64,000 bases of DNA from Octopus bimaculoides (GCF_001194135.2 NC_068982.1:139795260-139859259); one strand, 5' to 3'; counted from the stretch's first letter, positions 26,437 to 39,627 are shown. Numbers and translations: made by a program. Notes: generated from the sequence alone by a model not told the origin.

Positions 26437-26973
26437 TTGGGTTGTCCGGAAAGTTCGTGCCGATTTTTACCCAAGCTTTACCAAGTGCTCATGAACGAAG
26501 AATTTTGATAGGTTGAGGCTTTCTGCCAATTCTCGGGTTGCGCAATGTGGGTTATTCTCAATTAATGACTTGATTTGGTCATCATCTGTAGTGGATGGTC
26601 TGCCTGATCGCTCTTTATCAATAAGGCTACAATCTCCAGCTCGGAACCTTGCGAACCNNNNNNNNNNTTCTTTCGGATAAAGAAACATCACCGTAAACTG
26701 TGCATATTTCTTTGGTTGTTTGTTAGGCATTTTTCCCTTTAGAGAGAAAGAAAAGCATCAAGTACCGAAAATAAAGTTTCTTATCTTCCATTTTAAAGGG
26801 TTACAGGATTAACACAGGTTATAGGAACATAAACCTTCTTCCAAGAAAAAATAGCTTAAGCTGTGCTCTAAATGGAGGTGTAGTCAAATCCTATTTTATG
26901 GACTCAACCATGTTCTAAAATAAGTCGAAAGATAAGCTACTATAAATCGGCACGAACATTCTGGACAACCCAC
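26437..26973 (-). mobile_element. Mariner internal-deletion derivative retaining the transposase N-terminus
   Basis: TA|TTGGGTTGTCCGGAAAGTTCGTGCCGATTT ... AAATCGGCACGAACATTCTGGACAACCCAC|TA. Minus strand from ATG 26791 reads MEDKKLYFRYLML...ICTVYG...FARFRAGDCSLIDKERSGRPSTTDDDQIKSLIENNPHCATRELAESL (mariner HTH). Confidence 0.92.
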
Positions 26974-27294
26974 TACATTTCTTTAGGTCTAATGCTTAGA
27001 AAGTAAAAAGTACGAGAGGTTATACTTAAATGGGAACAATAATAATTTAATGTAGGGAGACAAGCAAGATCATTGTCAATGAAGATACCTTGCTCACGCA
27101 ATAAAAAGATTTGTTAGTGTTAACGATGTCATGGCAAATTCATCAGATATTTGAAAGGAAATTCAAATTGATTGAAATGTTATAAGGAGTTGGCGATGTG
27201 AAAGGAAAGGAACTTTGGAATGTATTTTGACAATGTGGTTGTCATAATACATCAATAATGCGTATAAATATATGAAAATAAAGAATTATATGAC

Positions 27295-27495
27295 AAACTG
27301 GCGCTCCGTCTGTTACGACGATGAGTTTCAATTGATCCGATCAACGAAAATCTTGCTCATGAAATTAACATCTGTGTGGCTAAGCATTATACAGACACGA
27401 ATAACTTTCAAGTAGTTCTCAAGGAGATTTAGCATGATGCACAATGTGATGGGGGAGGGGGTTCTTTGAATTATATATACCACTCATTTTCCCCA
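27295..27495 (-). mobile_element. SINE tail X fragment (headless)
   Basis: ctggcgctccgtctgttacgacgatgag...gatccgatcaacg...gaaattaac matches the tails at 45725 and 58409. Confidence 0.7.
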
Positions 27496-27499
27496 ATAT

Positions 27500-27915
27500 A
27501 GGCGCAGGAGTGGCTCTGTGGTAAGTAGCTTGCTTAGTAACCACATGGTTCCGGGTTCATTCGCACTGTGTGGCACCTTAGGCAAGTGTCTTCTACTATA
27601 ACCTTGGGCCGACTAAAGCCTTGTGAGTGGATTTGGTAGACGGAAACTGAAAGAAGCCCGTCATATATATGTATATATATATGTGCATGTGTGTGTATAT
27701 GTTAGTGTGTCTGTGTCTGTCTCCCAGGCGTCGCTTGACAACCGATGGTGGTGTGGTTGCGTCCCCGTAATTTAGCGGTTCGGCAAAATAGACTGGTAGA
27801 ATAAGTAATAGGCTTACAAAGAATAAGTGCTGTGGTCGATTTGCTCGACTAAAAGACGGTGCTCCAGCATGGCTGCAGTCAAATGACTGAAACAACTAAA
27901 AGACTAAAAGAGAGA
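27500..27915 (+). mobile_element. tRNA-headed SINE family A, full length
   Basis: GGCGCAGGAGTGGCTCTGTGGTAAGTAGCTTGC...GGTTCATTC head, CORE-like block, internal (TA/TG) tract, ...GCAGTCAAATGACTGAAAC and (TAAAAGA)n tail. Confidence 0.93.
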
Positions 27916-28164
27916 GTAAAGAGACTTCTGTGGATTGAACAGCGCGAAATAAAGTTTGTTGCTGAAGGACGAAACGCACCCACTGTGAATCGAACGCACA
28001 AGAATACGATCGTTAGCTCAATATTCTAACTGAGCCTTTTCATGAATTATAAGATAGGTTTACGAAGAAAAAAGAGTATTTAACTAAGGCTCAAAACTTA
28101 AGAAAATGAATAACAAAAGGAAAACATGAAAAAAGATACAATGAAAATGTAACTAGACTATATT

Positions 28165-28340
28165 CTTTTCTACTCTAGGCACAAGGCCCGAAATTTTGGG
28201 GGAGAGGGCCAGTCGATTAAATCGACCCCAGTACGCAACTGGTACTTAATTTATCGACTCCGAAAAGATGACAGGAAAAGTTGACCTCGGTGGAATTTGA
28301 ACCCAGAACGTGCTAAAGTTTCTACCAGGTCACCGCCTTG
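28165..28340 (-). mobile_element. SINE family B copy (alternative tail, internally deleted head)
   Basis: Central B block with ggcccgaaattttggggagaggg tail; head remnant AAGGCGGTGACCTGGTAGAAACTTTAG on minus. Confidence 0.8.
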
Positions 28341-28355
28341 TAAGTAGACTATATT

Positions 28356-28594
28356 TATTTCTTTATTACCCACAAGAGGCTAAACATAGAGGGGACAAAC
28401 AAAGACAAACACAGGGATTAAGTCGATTAGGTCCACCTGACTCCAGTACGCATCTGGTACTTAATTTATCGACCCCGAAAGGATGAAAGGCGAAGTTGAC
28501 CTCGGGAGAATTTGAACTCAGATCGTCAAGACAGACGAAATATCGCTAAGCATTTCGCCCGGCGCGCCAACGTTCCTGCCAGTTCGCCGTCTTC
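28356..28594 (-). mobile_element. SINE family B, full monomer
   Basis: Match to 25322-25550. Confidence 0.9.
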
Positions 28595-28823
28595 TAACTA
28601 AACTATATTAAATAAAATCAGATGGCGTGTTAGTAACGAGGATTACATTACTACATTTAATGGTTGAAAAATACACCATCAAAGTGCATAAACACAAATG
28701 CGTGATTTTAGCTGCAGAAAACAAATATATTGCCAAAAATTGTGGAGTTGGTTGCACGCAACAGCCACAAAAGAACTAAAATAATGAAAAAAAAAGGAAA
28801 ATACTAATGGGGATTTCTAATAT

Positions 28824-29160
28824 AAATTTCAAATTTTGATACAAGGCCATCAGTTTCGGAGAAGAAGTTAAGTCGATTACATGGACGCCAGCGCAATGCT
28901 GGTACTCATCAAATCAACCACGAATGACAAAAGACAAAGTCGTCCCTGACGGCATTTGAACACAAAACATAAAGACGGACGAAATGCTGCTAAGCAATTA
29001 TCCCGGCGCACAACGGTTTTGCCAGATCGCCACCTTTCATCGGATTTCTAATATTGGTTTCAAACTTTGGCACAATGGGCCGCAGGTTTAAGGGAGGGCA
29101 AAGACAGTTCCGTCGACCCCAGTGTTCAGATGGCACTTAGTTAATCGACTCTAAAAAGCA
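28824..29160 (-). mobile_element. Two decayed SINE family B copies in tandem (full plus 3' partial)
   Basis: Degenerate B monomer at 28824-29037 and a tail fragment at 29055-29160, separated and flanked by GATTTCTAATAT. Confidence 0.65.
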
Positions 29161-30224
29161 GATTTCTAATATCGACAAAGGGCACCCATTTCGTGAGATT
29201 CACAGTCGAAACACCGCAGAAAAAAATTGTTAACTACAAATTGCAACCAATCAAAAGATGTAGTCTTTACTAAAGCACACATGCCATTTTATCCACTGCT
29301 CTATAATTCTTGCTACCCAATTGGTGTTTGTATTATATCGATTTTTATGTTGATAATGTATTCTATACAGGCAAATCTGCAATCATTTATGATAGCTCAG
29401 TGTTTGAAAGTACATAATTTTTCTATATACATGATAGGGAGCGCAGTTATGCATATTGGGAAATACATCGATACGCCGACAGGAAAAATGAGTATTATTC
29501 TTATAGGTATATACGTATGTATATAAAAGTATGTGTCTGTGGGTGTATGAACATGCACTGAACCCAATATATTTGAATATGTTTTCCACAGCAAAGTAGA
29601 ATAAGCCTTAGAATTACAGAAAGATCAAAACGAACTATTCATGTAACATAATTTAATACAATAAACAGATTTCGTGTAATTTGATAGACGTCTTCTCTTC
29701 TGGCGAAAATTTATGCAAAATATTGTCGAATATTTTTCTGAAAGTACGGATGAGGATCATCGAAATCAAATAAGCAATATATGCCTTGTTTTAATATAAA
29801 ATCAATAATAATTATACTATGTGCAATATATAACAACAAAATCAGCAACTTAAAAAATGCATGGTGGAGTTATTATTATATACACGATCGCGAAATATAT
29901 TCATGATAAGAAAAGACGAAGTTATAAGCAATGCAGTTTTAATACAATAAGAGAATTCTCAATTCTCTGAAAACACTTTCCGCGCAAATCACAAAACACG
30001 TGATTTACACAATCAGTAAGTAGTACTCAAATAGAAAGGTCAATGAAGATATCCTGCAAACACATCGCTGAATAATCTAAGGCAATTCATGTTCAGATAT
30101 AAATGGAAAATAATGGTTCTCCATTGGCGGCGAGGATCAAAAATAAGTTTCTCTATGAACTGAATTAGTTGATCGTTGAAGTGGTGTGTAAGCGGTTGAA
30201 GATATCACCTGCAAGTTAATCCTT

Positions 30225-30640
30225 CGATATATATACATACATGCATGTATATATAAATGCATGCATACATGAATACACACACTTATACCTGCAGACATAC
30301 ATACATTACATAATGCATAGTACATGCACAAATACATACATACATTACATAATACATAGCACATACATAAATACATGCACACGAACATACGTGCATACAT
30401 TACACACATACATTACATATATATACGAACATGCGTACATACAAAGATGCATAGATACATACATCAATACGTACAATACATGCATACATAAATATATACA
30501 AACATACATACATTACATACATGCAGGCATACATACTTACATTACATACAATCATAAGTACATAAATACATTACATACATAGGTACATACATATATTACA
30601 TACAAATATAGATACATTACATACATACATACACACATGC
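30225..30640. repeat. Degenerate (TACA)n array, about 410 bp
   Basis: Direct reading, with recurring catacattacatac variants. Confidence 0.9.
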
Positions 30641-30715
30641 TTGCATATAGTTCCGAGTTCGGTCCTACTACAAGCGTCATCTACTACAGCGTCAGCCGGA
30701 CCAAAGCCTGTAGGC
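30638..30715 (+). mobile_element. SINE family A head fragment
   Basis: tgcttgcatatagttccgagttcggtcctact...tctactacagcgtcagccggaccaaagcc. Confidence 0.55.
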
Positions 30716-33039
30716 GAAACTATATACCATAAATTTATCACTATGACCGTACTGGATATTTCTACTATGGCAAAATTAAGTTTTTAAGAATAATCATTAT
30801 TTCAAAAGCAAATAGACGTGATCTAGTTCGCACCCCAGCTATATGATCGACAAAGACGTATGAGCCTTTGGCACAGTTGCTTTTTCAGAGTCTTCATTTC
30901 ACTTTCAATCACTGTACTATTGTAGGGTCTAAACGACACGTCTGACAAAGAATTTGTCAATCACTGTCTTATAGTTTCAACACTGATCCTTCCATTGTTT
31001 TACAATTCTGTCACTATGATTAATGTTATTTCATAGATTGTTTGTGTTTATAGATAACGTATCTAGATACATAGGACCCACATATTGAGATTTTCTATTA
31101 TCAAGTAGATTGAAAAAGTATAACCTAATGTCATGATACAGTATGGCATTTCCGTCAGAATAACAGACACTACTAGAATCAGATTTAAAATTTCTATGAA
31201 TTTTCCCAATAATGTGTTTCATAAGCTTAACAAACACGTTTAAAATACCGTACCTTGCTTCAATTAAAATGTTCAGCAACATACTAACCTCCTTTGACGT
31301 GCACAGAATCCGCTGAAGGTCGCAGAATGATATTAGATGAATGTTAGTGATTAGGTACAGAAGCGTATGGCTACATACCATACATACGGGACACATCAAA
31401 CATATCAAATATCGCCGTAAAACACGAAGCGTAACACAAATGAATGAAAATTACCTTCTTACCTTGAGGTTATATAGCATACGCCAAGCTTTAGTCGAAA
31501 TTAATCATAAAATTCGAATGGCTTACAACGGAAGCAACATTAAATTTTTAAGGGGCGGATGTTCGAGAATACACTATTTCTTCATATTGAATTACTTGTG
31601 ACATTTCAGTATCTGTATATCTATTATGTCTATGAGACCTGCTATCTTCTCTTTCCCTCTCACACACATACTCTCTCTCTCACTCTCCCCCCTCTCTCTC
31701 TCTCTCTCTCTGTTGGTCTATCTTATCCATGGATGCATCCATCTCTCTACCTCTCACTCTTTCTCCCTGTTTGCCTCTCTGTCTCTGTCAAAATAGATGT
31801 GTTTGTGTGTGTGTGTGTGTGTATGTATATATATGGGATTGCACGTATGGATATTTTTGTGTGAGTATGTGCATTTGTATGGATATTTTAATATTTCCTG
31901 TATGGGTGTGAATGCGTGTTTTAACGCACACCTTCAAGTCAAGAGATGATTGACAAAATCAGAGCAGAGGAACTATTAGAATGTGACGAATATTGAAAAG
32001 AGAAGATAAGAACAGGTAAAAATAAATATATAATAAAATGATGCTCAATGATTGGATTTTTCTCGCTGCAAAGGAAAATAAAATCTGAAATGACAATGAC
32101 ATATGAAATATAACTGAAAGAAAGGCTATGCAGGGGCCGTAGAGCTGAGGCGATAACGACGCGCGTTCGGCAAAATGAAAAGAATCATAGTTGTACAATG
32201 AATAAAGGATGCCAGTTGAGGCAACGTGTGTAATAGAAGAAATAAATATGAAAAGAAGTGAAATGATAATGCTGAAAGCAATAATAATACTTGACTGAAT
32301 GACAGAGAACAAGAGAGAATTGGACAGCGAAAAAGAAATGAAACATCTTTTCTTGTCAATGCAGGAGGGAAAATCCCAAAGAAATTCAGATAGAAAGAAG
32401 TGCACAGAATGAAATATATGAAAGCCGATCGACAGGATGACGGAAAGGAATTACAATGAGGGAAAGAATATCACCGTGAAGTTTATATTTTGGAAGAACA
32501 AAAATCTAAATCGATAATTTCAATTATTTGTTTTCTAATGGAATGTGAAGTAAAGAAAAAAACAAGCTGCTCATTTGATTGATCGCTTTGGACACAGACA
32601 TCTCATTGGTCATTCTCACTTAGCAAATGTTGGGGTGAAATACAGAGAAAAAAAAAAGAACTTTCAAAATTACATGATAACAACGGAAATGTCTTAAGGG
32701 AAATCATAAGATTTTATGAGAAGCTGTCTCCATCTACATATATGCGATACATATACACACATACATTTAGTTACACAGTAATATCTATAGATATATAAGA
32801 AAATATACATAGAAAATAATAATTCTCTCAGAGAACAGCGAAGAAAGATAAATCTTTGGTGTTATTACAATCTTTTAGGAAATCTACAGATAGATACAAT
32901 TTTTTATGAATATCTTCACGATATCTTCATTGTGTAATGAACTATTCACTGGCACATGTAGATTTGTATTTATATTCGAGAATATGCATGCTGTTATATA
33001 GGAATACGGGGGTAATTCTGTATACCAAAGTACTGGAAG

Positions 33040-33378
33040 GTGTTATACATGCATACATATATATATGTATATGTATATATATATATATTTAGGCATTGCA
33101 TCTTCATGCCTATATATTCATTTGTAGGTACTTGAAAATAAATACATGTTTACATACATACNNNNNNNNNNNNNNNNNNNNNNNNNNNNNNNNNNNNNNN
33201 NNNNNNNNNNNNNNNNNNNNNNNNNNNNNNNNNNNNNNNNNNNNNNNNNNNNNNNNNNNNNNNNNNNNNNNNNNNNNNNNNNNNNNNNNNNNNNNNNNNN
33301 NNNNNNNTATATATATATATATGTATGTATATGTATATGTATGTATGTATATGTATAGATATGTATATGTATAAATAG

Positions 33379-33429
<51 letters not shown>

Positions 33430-33628
33430 TTAGGCATTGCATCTTCATGCCTATATATTCATTTGTAGGTACTTGAAAATAAATACATGTTTACATACAT
33501 ACATACATGCATACATATACATACACATACCTATTTATACACAAACACATGTATATCAATGTATCTATCTATCTATCCATCTATGTGCATATATATAAAT
33601 AAATGTACGTGTCCATGTCTCTTTCCCT

Positions 33629-33672
<44 letters not shown>
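33040..33672. repeat. (TA)n/(TATG)n/(CT)n region with gap and a sequence repeated on both sides of the gap
   Basis: tttaggcattgcatcttcatgcctatatattcatttgtaggtacttgaaaataaatacatgtttacatacatac occurs at about 33088 and 33429; probably an assembly overlap artefact or a local duplication. Confidence 0.8.
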
Positions 33673-33676
<4 letters not shown>

Positions 33677-34442
33677 TATATATATGCATACAGAAGGACA
33701 CACATTATAGATGGAAATCCTTTCGTAATTCAATGCACGTGATAACTGAATTCTGACTGGTATTTATTTGCGTTCCAAAGCAACACATAAAAATAGAATA
33801 GTTGACCTCTTTGCATCACGCGCATTTATCTCATAATACATACACACATAAGCATATATTTGTCTATGTGTGCATGTTTGTGTAAATATATATCTATATA
33901 TGAAGAGTATAGGGAAAAATGAAAATGTACAGGGGTAAACATTAAACTATTGATGTGTTTTTATTTCCTTCATTAATACGTGCGCTCTGATTTTATCTCG
34001 TTACATTTGAGCAGTGCATATGTATATATAGACATACGTATATATATATATAATCAAATGAATATATAATCATTTGATTATAACAGTCCAAAAGCATTTG
34101 CAGCTTGTTGTCACCAGCAAGGTACCATTCAAAGTATCGCACGACTTGGACAAGCCCTTACGCACTAAATAGTAACAGGGTTGGTTTTCTCTGTATACAC
34201 AACCGGAATATCCTATTTGATACTTACCAACCATAGGCCAAAACTACAAGTATATCCATGGCTACCTTGTGCATGTATTTTCAAGTGCCTGATTCAATCT
34301 GAATCCTTATTTTACTGTATATATATACAAAAGTCAGATATAAGAAACAGGTGACACCAACAAAGCTCAATTGGAGGTACACAGTGAATATATTAATGAG
34401 AATGCTGAGTGAAAATTTTGGATGCAAAAATTAGGAGTTGAA

Positions 34443-34474
34443 ATGACGTTTCGAGTTTGGATCTTCGTCGGGCG
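34443..34474 (-). ncRNA. Degenerate minimal hammerhead motif in PLE-type terminal repeat
   Basis: Minus: CCGACGA-A-GA-TCCAAA-CTC-GAAA-CG-TC (U4>C in the core) within a pyrimidine-rich tract at 34390-34595 ending at (TA)n/gap. Confidence 0.5.
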
Positions 34475-34729
34475 GAGGAAAATGTCCAGTGACAAGGAAG
34501 GAAAGAGCAGATAGTCCGGAGAACTATATATGTATCTACAGGATTGTAAAAACGGTGCCGTATTAAAAAAAACAATTCGCAGCGAAGGCGCATATANNNN
34601 NNNNNNNNNNNNNNNNNNNNNNNNNNNNNNNNNNNNNNNNNNNNNNNNNNNNNNNNNNNNNNNNNNNNNNNNNNNNNNNNNNNNNNNNNNNNNNNNNNNN
34701 NNNATATATATATATACACTTAGATAAAC

Positions 34730-34770
34730 TTACATATGTTTCGACCAAAGATTGGTCCAGGTCATGTCAA
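34730..34770 (-). ncRNA. Half hammerhead remnant
   Basis: Minus: GACCAA-TCT-TTGGTC-GAAA-CATATG-TA (stem II, GAAA, palindromic ACATATGT); the CUGANGA box is not recognisable. Confidence 0.35.
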
Positions 34771-35510
34771 ACTGAATAGCACGACATGATCGGATTATCT
34801 AAATCCCTTTTAAGTCAAGTTTTGTGTATGGCCCATTCAAGTAGTGAGTTCTTATTGACTTTTTGTCCAGGTATGGGTGGCTTGTCTGGTATTCCTTGAA
34901 GAAATCTGTCACATACATATGCATATATACCACTCATATCCTGCTTCCTGTCCGCGATCCCAAGTCATACGTCATGATGGAATGTCTTTACTCACAGACA
35001 CTGTTTACTCACTATCGTCGACGCCCACTTCATTATGACCCCTTGAGAGTTTTATTTTATTTTTAGTGCATAATCTTATGCATCTTATGTGTCTTTCTCC
35101 ACCGAAACGTGCCCCGTTGAATATAACGAGAAATACGCGGCCTCTACTGCTACCTATATAATTACCCCTCCTCACTGCCCTTGTGCTTATCTTTCTGAGT
35201 TTCTGTCACTCAAGCCTTGACACTATTTCACCTTTAAATTTCCCATCCCTTCCCAACACCAACTTCCATGTTATCTTACCTTCACGCGCCATTTTAGACA
35301 TCCACATGCAACGTAGGTACGCACTACATTACCTTCTACCCTACATAAAAATTATTTCCGTATTTTCATTCAAACTCTTTCTGTCTCTTCTGTTTCTCTG
35401 TGTCATGTTGACATTACTTTTCACTTGCCTTCTATTTTCCACTGACTTAACACTGTCTGTAACCCTTACCAAATGCAAACTAACTCTTTCGCTCTTATTT
35501 TACGCTTATA

Positions 35511-36247
35511 CTTGTTTCAGTCATTTGACTGCGGTCATGCTGGAGCACCACGTTTAATCGAAAAAATTGACCCCAGGACTTATTTTTGTAAACCTGGTGC
35601 TTATTTCCTCTCACCCTTTTTGCCGAACCGCTACGTTACGTGGAAGTATTCGCACCAACATCGGATGTCAAGCGATGGTGGATGACAAACAACAAACACA
35701 TACATACATACATAAATATATATATATNNNNNNNNNNNNNNNNNNNNNNNNNNNNNNNNNNNNNNNNNNNNNNNNNNNNNNNNNNNNNNNNNNNNNNNNN
35801 NNNNNNNNNNNNNNNNNNNNNNNNNNNNNNNNNNNNNNNNNNNNNNNNNNNNNNNNNNNNNNNNNNNNNNNNNNNNNNNNNNNNNNNNNNNNNNNNNNNN
35901 NNNNNNNNNNNNNNNNNNNNNNNNNNNNNNNNNNNNNNNNNNNNNNNNNNNNNNNNNNNNNNNNNNNNNNNNNNNNNNNNNNNNNNNNNNNNNNNNNNNN
36001 NNNNNNNNNNNNNNNNNNNNNNNNNNNNNNNNNNNNNNNNNNNNNNNNNNNNNNNNNNNNNNNNNNNNNNTATATATATATACACCACGGGCTTCTTTCA
36101 GTATCCGTCTACCAAATCCACTCACAAGGCTTTGGTCGGCCCGAGGCTATACTAGAAGACACTTGCCCAAGATGTCACGCAGTGGGACTGAACCCGGAAC
36201 CATGTGTTTGCTGAGCAAGCTTCTTACCACACAGCCACTCCTGCACC
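35511..36247 (-). mobile_element. tRNA-headed SINE family A spanning an assembly gap at its internal microsatellite
   Basis: Tail at 35511-35700, gap 35728-36070, head at 36085-36247 (cagccactcctgcacc). Confidence 0.9.
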
Positions 36248-36930
36248 GATAACTCCAGTCAGAAATGTCTAGGAACAGAAACGAAACTTCCTAACAATGA
36301 CGATATGGTATGCGGACTGACAAATCCAGTCACGTGGACTACTTACTCAATCCACCCCATTAACATAACTACGTTGTTCCCTCCTTCTTCCATTTCATAT
36401 CAACCTTTGATAGTAACCGCCCCCTTTGCCCGACCCTCTGTCTTCGCATCAAATTATCTTTTCTTTGTCAGTAAATATTCTCCTTTCAATCATGTCGTGC
36501 TGTACTTACTTTGTATAGTGCTTAAGTCAGTTCTCTCGTTACGCCGATTTTGCGGCAACCTGTAGATTGCTAGTGACACAAAAAATGCCTTCAATGCCTA
36601 CTGAAATGTGATTGGTGTAAGAAGGAATCCATCTGTAAAATCAATACGAAGAGAGACTGGAGACAGACGTGTTCCACCAACGTGGTGCTATTTGTCGAAG
36701 TGTCGTAGGCATTCTGATGTGGAAGGTGAACGTCAAATTATAACAAAAATGAAGTCTATACATTTAGCTTTTATATAATTCTCTGTATAATATATCCATA
36801 AATAAATAGATGAATATTTTCACAACAATTAACTATCCGTTTTCTGTCGGTCAAACGATAGCAGTGATGATAACGAATGTATGTACAAATATACATATAT
36901 TTATACGTATATATAGATAGATATCCACAA

Positions 36931-36969
<39 letters not shown>

Positions 36970-37388
36970 TGCGCGCACATGTATGCATGCATAAGTATAG
37001 GAATATCATCAGGAGAGACATATGAACGTGACCTGTTCTAATTGCCTGGATATGACATACTGAAACAATTGGAGAAAAACAATAATAAATACAAGCAAAA
37101 TATATAAGATGATTAAAAATTAAACGAACATATTCTGAACTGCAACAATAGCTCCAGGGAAATTACTAGTTTACGATATTGAAGAAAAATAATATCTGTT
37201 TAACTGAACATAAGGAGAAAGTATGTTCAGCCAATGATATCTGGTAAAATGACTTCCTCTATTTTTTAATCGTTTCGGTTTTACAATATTTCTTTTATTC
37301 AAGCATAACGAGAATCCTATGAGCATTTTACTTTGATATATATATATATATGTTGTTGTACTTGGGAATGGTCATATTGCCAGTTTAG

Positions 37389-37390
<2 letters not shown>

Positions 37391-37462
<72 letters not shown>
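37391..37462. repeat. (TA)n microsatellite
   Basis: Direct reading. Confidence 0.95.
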
Positions 37463-37463
<1 letters not shown>

Positions 37464-38639
37464 GTGCGCGTATGTATACATATATATACATGTATTCAAA
37501 TAGACAAACACCCACATATATGTTCATACATACATGCATGCCTGTACGTACATATGTATGCGTGTGTGTCTTTGTGTGCGTATGTGTGTGTATGTGTGTT
37601 TGTGTGTCTGTGAGTGTGTGTGTGTGTCTGTGTGTAACTGCGTTAAATTTATTTCTGTCACGAGAATGACAACCTGCTTAGAACTGGAAACTTTATGTAT
37701 CTAAGGATAATTAAACTACCTCAGGTTCTAAGTATGAGTGTCCGCCTACGAATGAAATTCACAAAAGTACTTTTAGATACTAGTAAACACGATTATTAAT
37801 GATATGTGATTTTCTTTAACGTTCATATGTTGAATATGATAAATTATCGACTAATACATAAGGGGAAGCCGCCATGAATGTTCATATTGAAGCTTAGAGT
37901 TTAAAAAGAAACATAGAGGAAGATATTCACCATTTCGCTGCAAATTTCGCTGTATTATACTGTTGTGTAACGTAATTCTCGTATTATGAACGAGGTTTTA
38001 ATGTTGGTGAAATTAAAATAAATTATTTACGATGGTTAAGGTAAATTTTCTGTAATCGTGTCTCGTACAGCATCAAGCAAAATGCTCTCAAGCGTTCTCA
38101 GCTGTATTATGGAAACATTATTTTAATAAATATCTTCCCTGACTAATTTACCACTGAGTATAAATCAAGTTGAATGTTGAGGTAATAATTTGACAATATT
38201 CACGTATACCTATGCACACACACTCTCAAACACAAATACACGCACCCACGCACACACACACACACATGTACACATATTTAAAGAAGGAATATGTATGAAG
38301 AACAATACAGTCGTGGCAAAAGGGTTTGGAAATTAGAATTTTTATATGAAATGCCCACAGCGAGCAATTTAGTCTCGAACTATATTATGGAGTTTTGCCT
38401 AATTTACATTCTACATATTGAACCATTGGGTCAGTTATTTGGGAAGCATATCTTTACGTTGTATTTATTTGAATCGAATTGTACTTCGGCATATCAATTT
38501 TCATTTGAAAAAAAAATGCTTCCGAACTTTTGGCCAAGACTGTAACTAGAATTAACACGGAGATTTGAACATCACTATCTTAACCTGAAATAATCGTTCC
38601 GAGAGATAATTAGTAAACAAGTGACAGATTTCTAATTAC

Positions 38640-38910
38640 CTAAATAAGTATGGAAGACAGCACCGTGTATGGAGCTAACGTCCCTATAGAGAGAACAAGC
38701 AAAGTTACGGAAGCATCATTGACAATTCTAACGACTGAGGCTTGCACAAAGAAGACCTTCCCTCAGGGAGGGAAAATAATAGGCAAAGCAGACAAAAGGA
38801 ATGCGCCCTTAAAATAGTTGCATGAGGGATGCATAGCTAAGAATGCTGGGAAAAGACAACCGAAAGTCGAGAACATTGGAAAAATGTCGTCAAAGGTCTA
38901 TGCAAATGAC
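38640..38910 (+). mobile_element. RTE-like LINE 3' end remnant
   Basis: ...CWEKTTESREHWKNVVKGLCK resembles the RTE C-terminus W...A.DR..WR..V.GLC. Confidence 0.5.
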
Positions 38911-39627
38911 TTAAGTTAAAGGTATTTTAATATATAACGCTTATCGAAGATTCAAGGCAAATCATTACAATGTACAGATGTTCTTATTCATTTGACATGA
39001 AATATATTATACAAATGTGTCCTCGCAGTTGAACGCCAAACGAGCTGTGAAATATTCAGAATTCAAAAGAGTAATTTCGAACTGAGTCGGGCTGTTAGCG
39101 ACTCTCCCACCCGAATATATCACTTTCGTAATTGAAATTGCTAACATTAAACTCGGAACAGCAGTGCTTGTTGCCAAAAGATAACCGTATTTCTCCGTAA
39201 GCAATCTAATCAGCTGGAAAATGAGACTTTGGAGAGAGAAAAAGGGTCATGTGAAGTGAAACACGACTTGGTAATAGTCAAATTCATTAAAATTTTAATG
39301 TTATATGAATACAATTTCCATCTGAATATTTGACCCAAAGTAGTTCTCCATTGCATCATATTGGACACGCCTGACGTCTAGTTTTGTAGAAGTAACCATA
39401 CGATTAAGACTGTGATTTCAAGCGCAATTTACAAAACTTCTTCAAATTTTTTACTCTGGATGTCAATCTTGACCGTTTGGTGACACACTACAAAATGTTG
39501 AACAAAAGAATGGGCATCATGATAGTGTTAAACCAAATAGGATCAACGTGGAAGCAATTGGAGACGGAATACTTTGGAGACGGAATACGTTGACATATTA
39601 CATAATATGTGGGACCTGAAATAAAGT

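Noticed and set aside
31959-32405. 148-aa hydrophobic ORF suggesting a membrane protein
   Set aside because: F/L/S/I-rich composition is what an A/G-rich opposite strand yields; no motif or splice support.
34778-36501. 13-bp inverted match (34778-34790 and 36489-36501) as element termini
   Set aside because: Too short to exclude chance, with no further extension or TSD.
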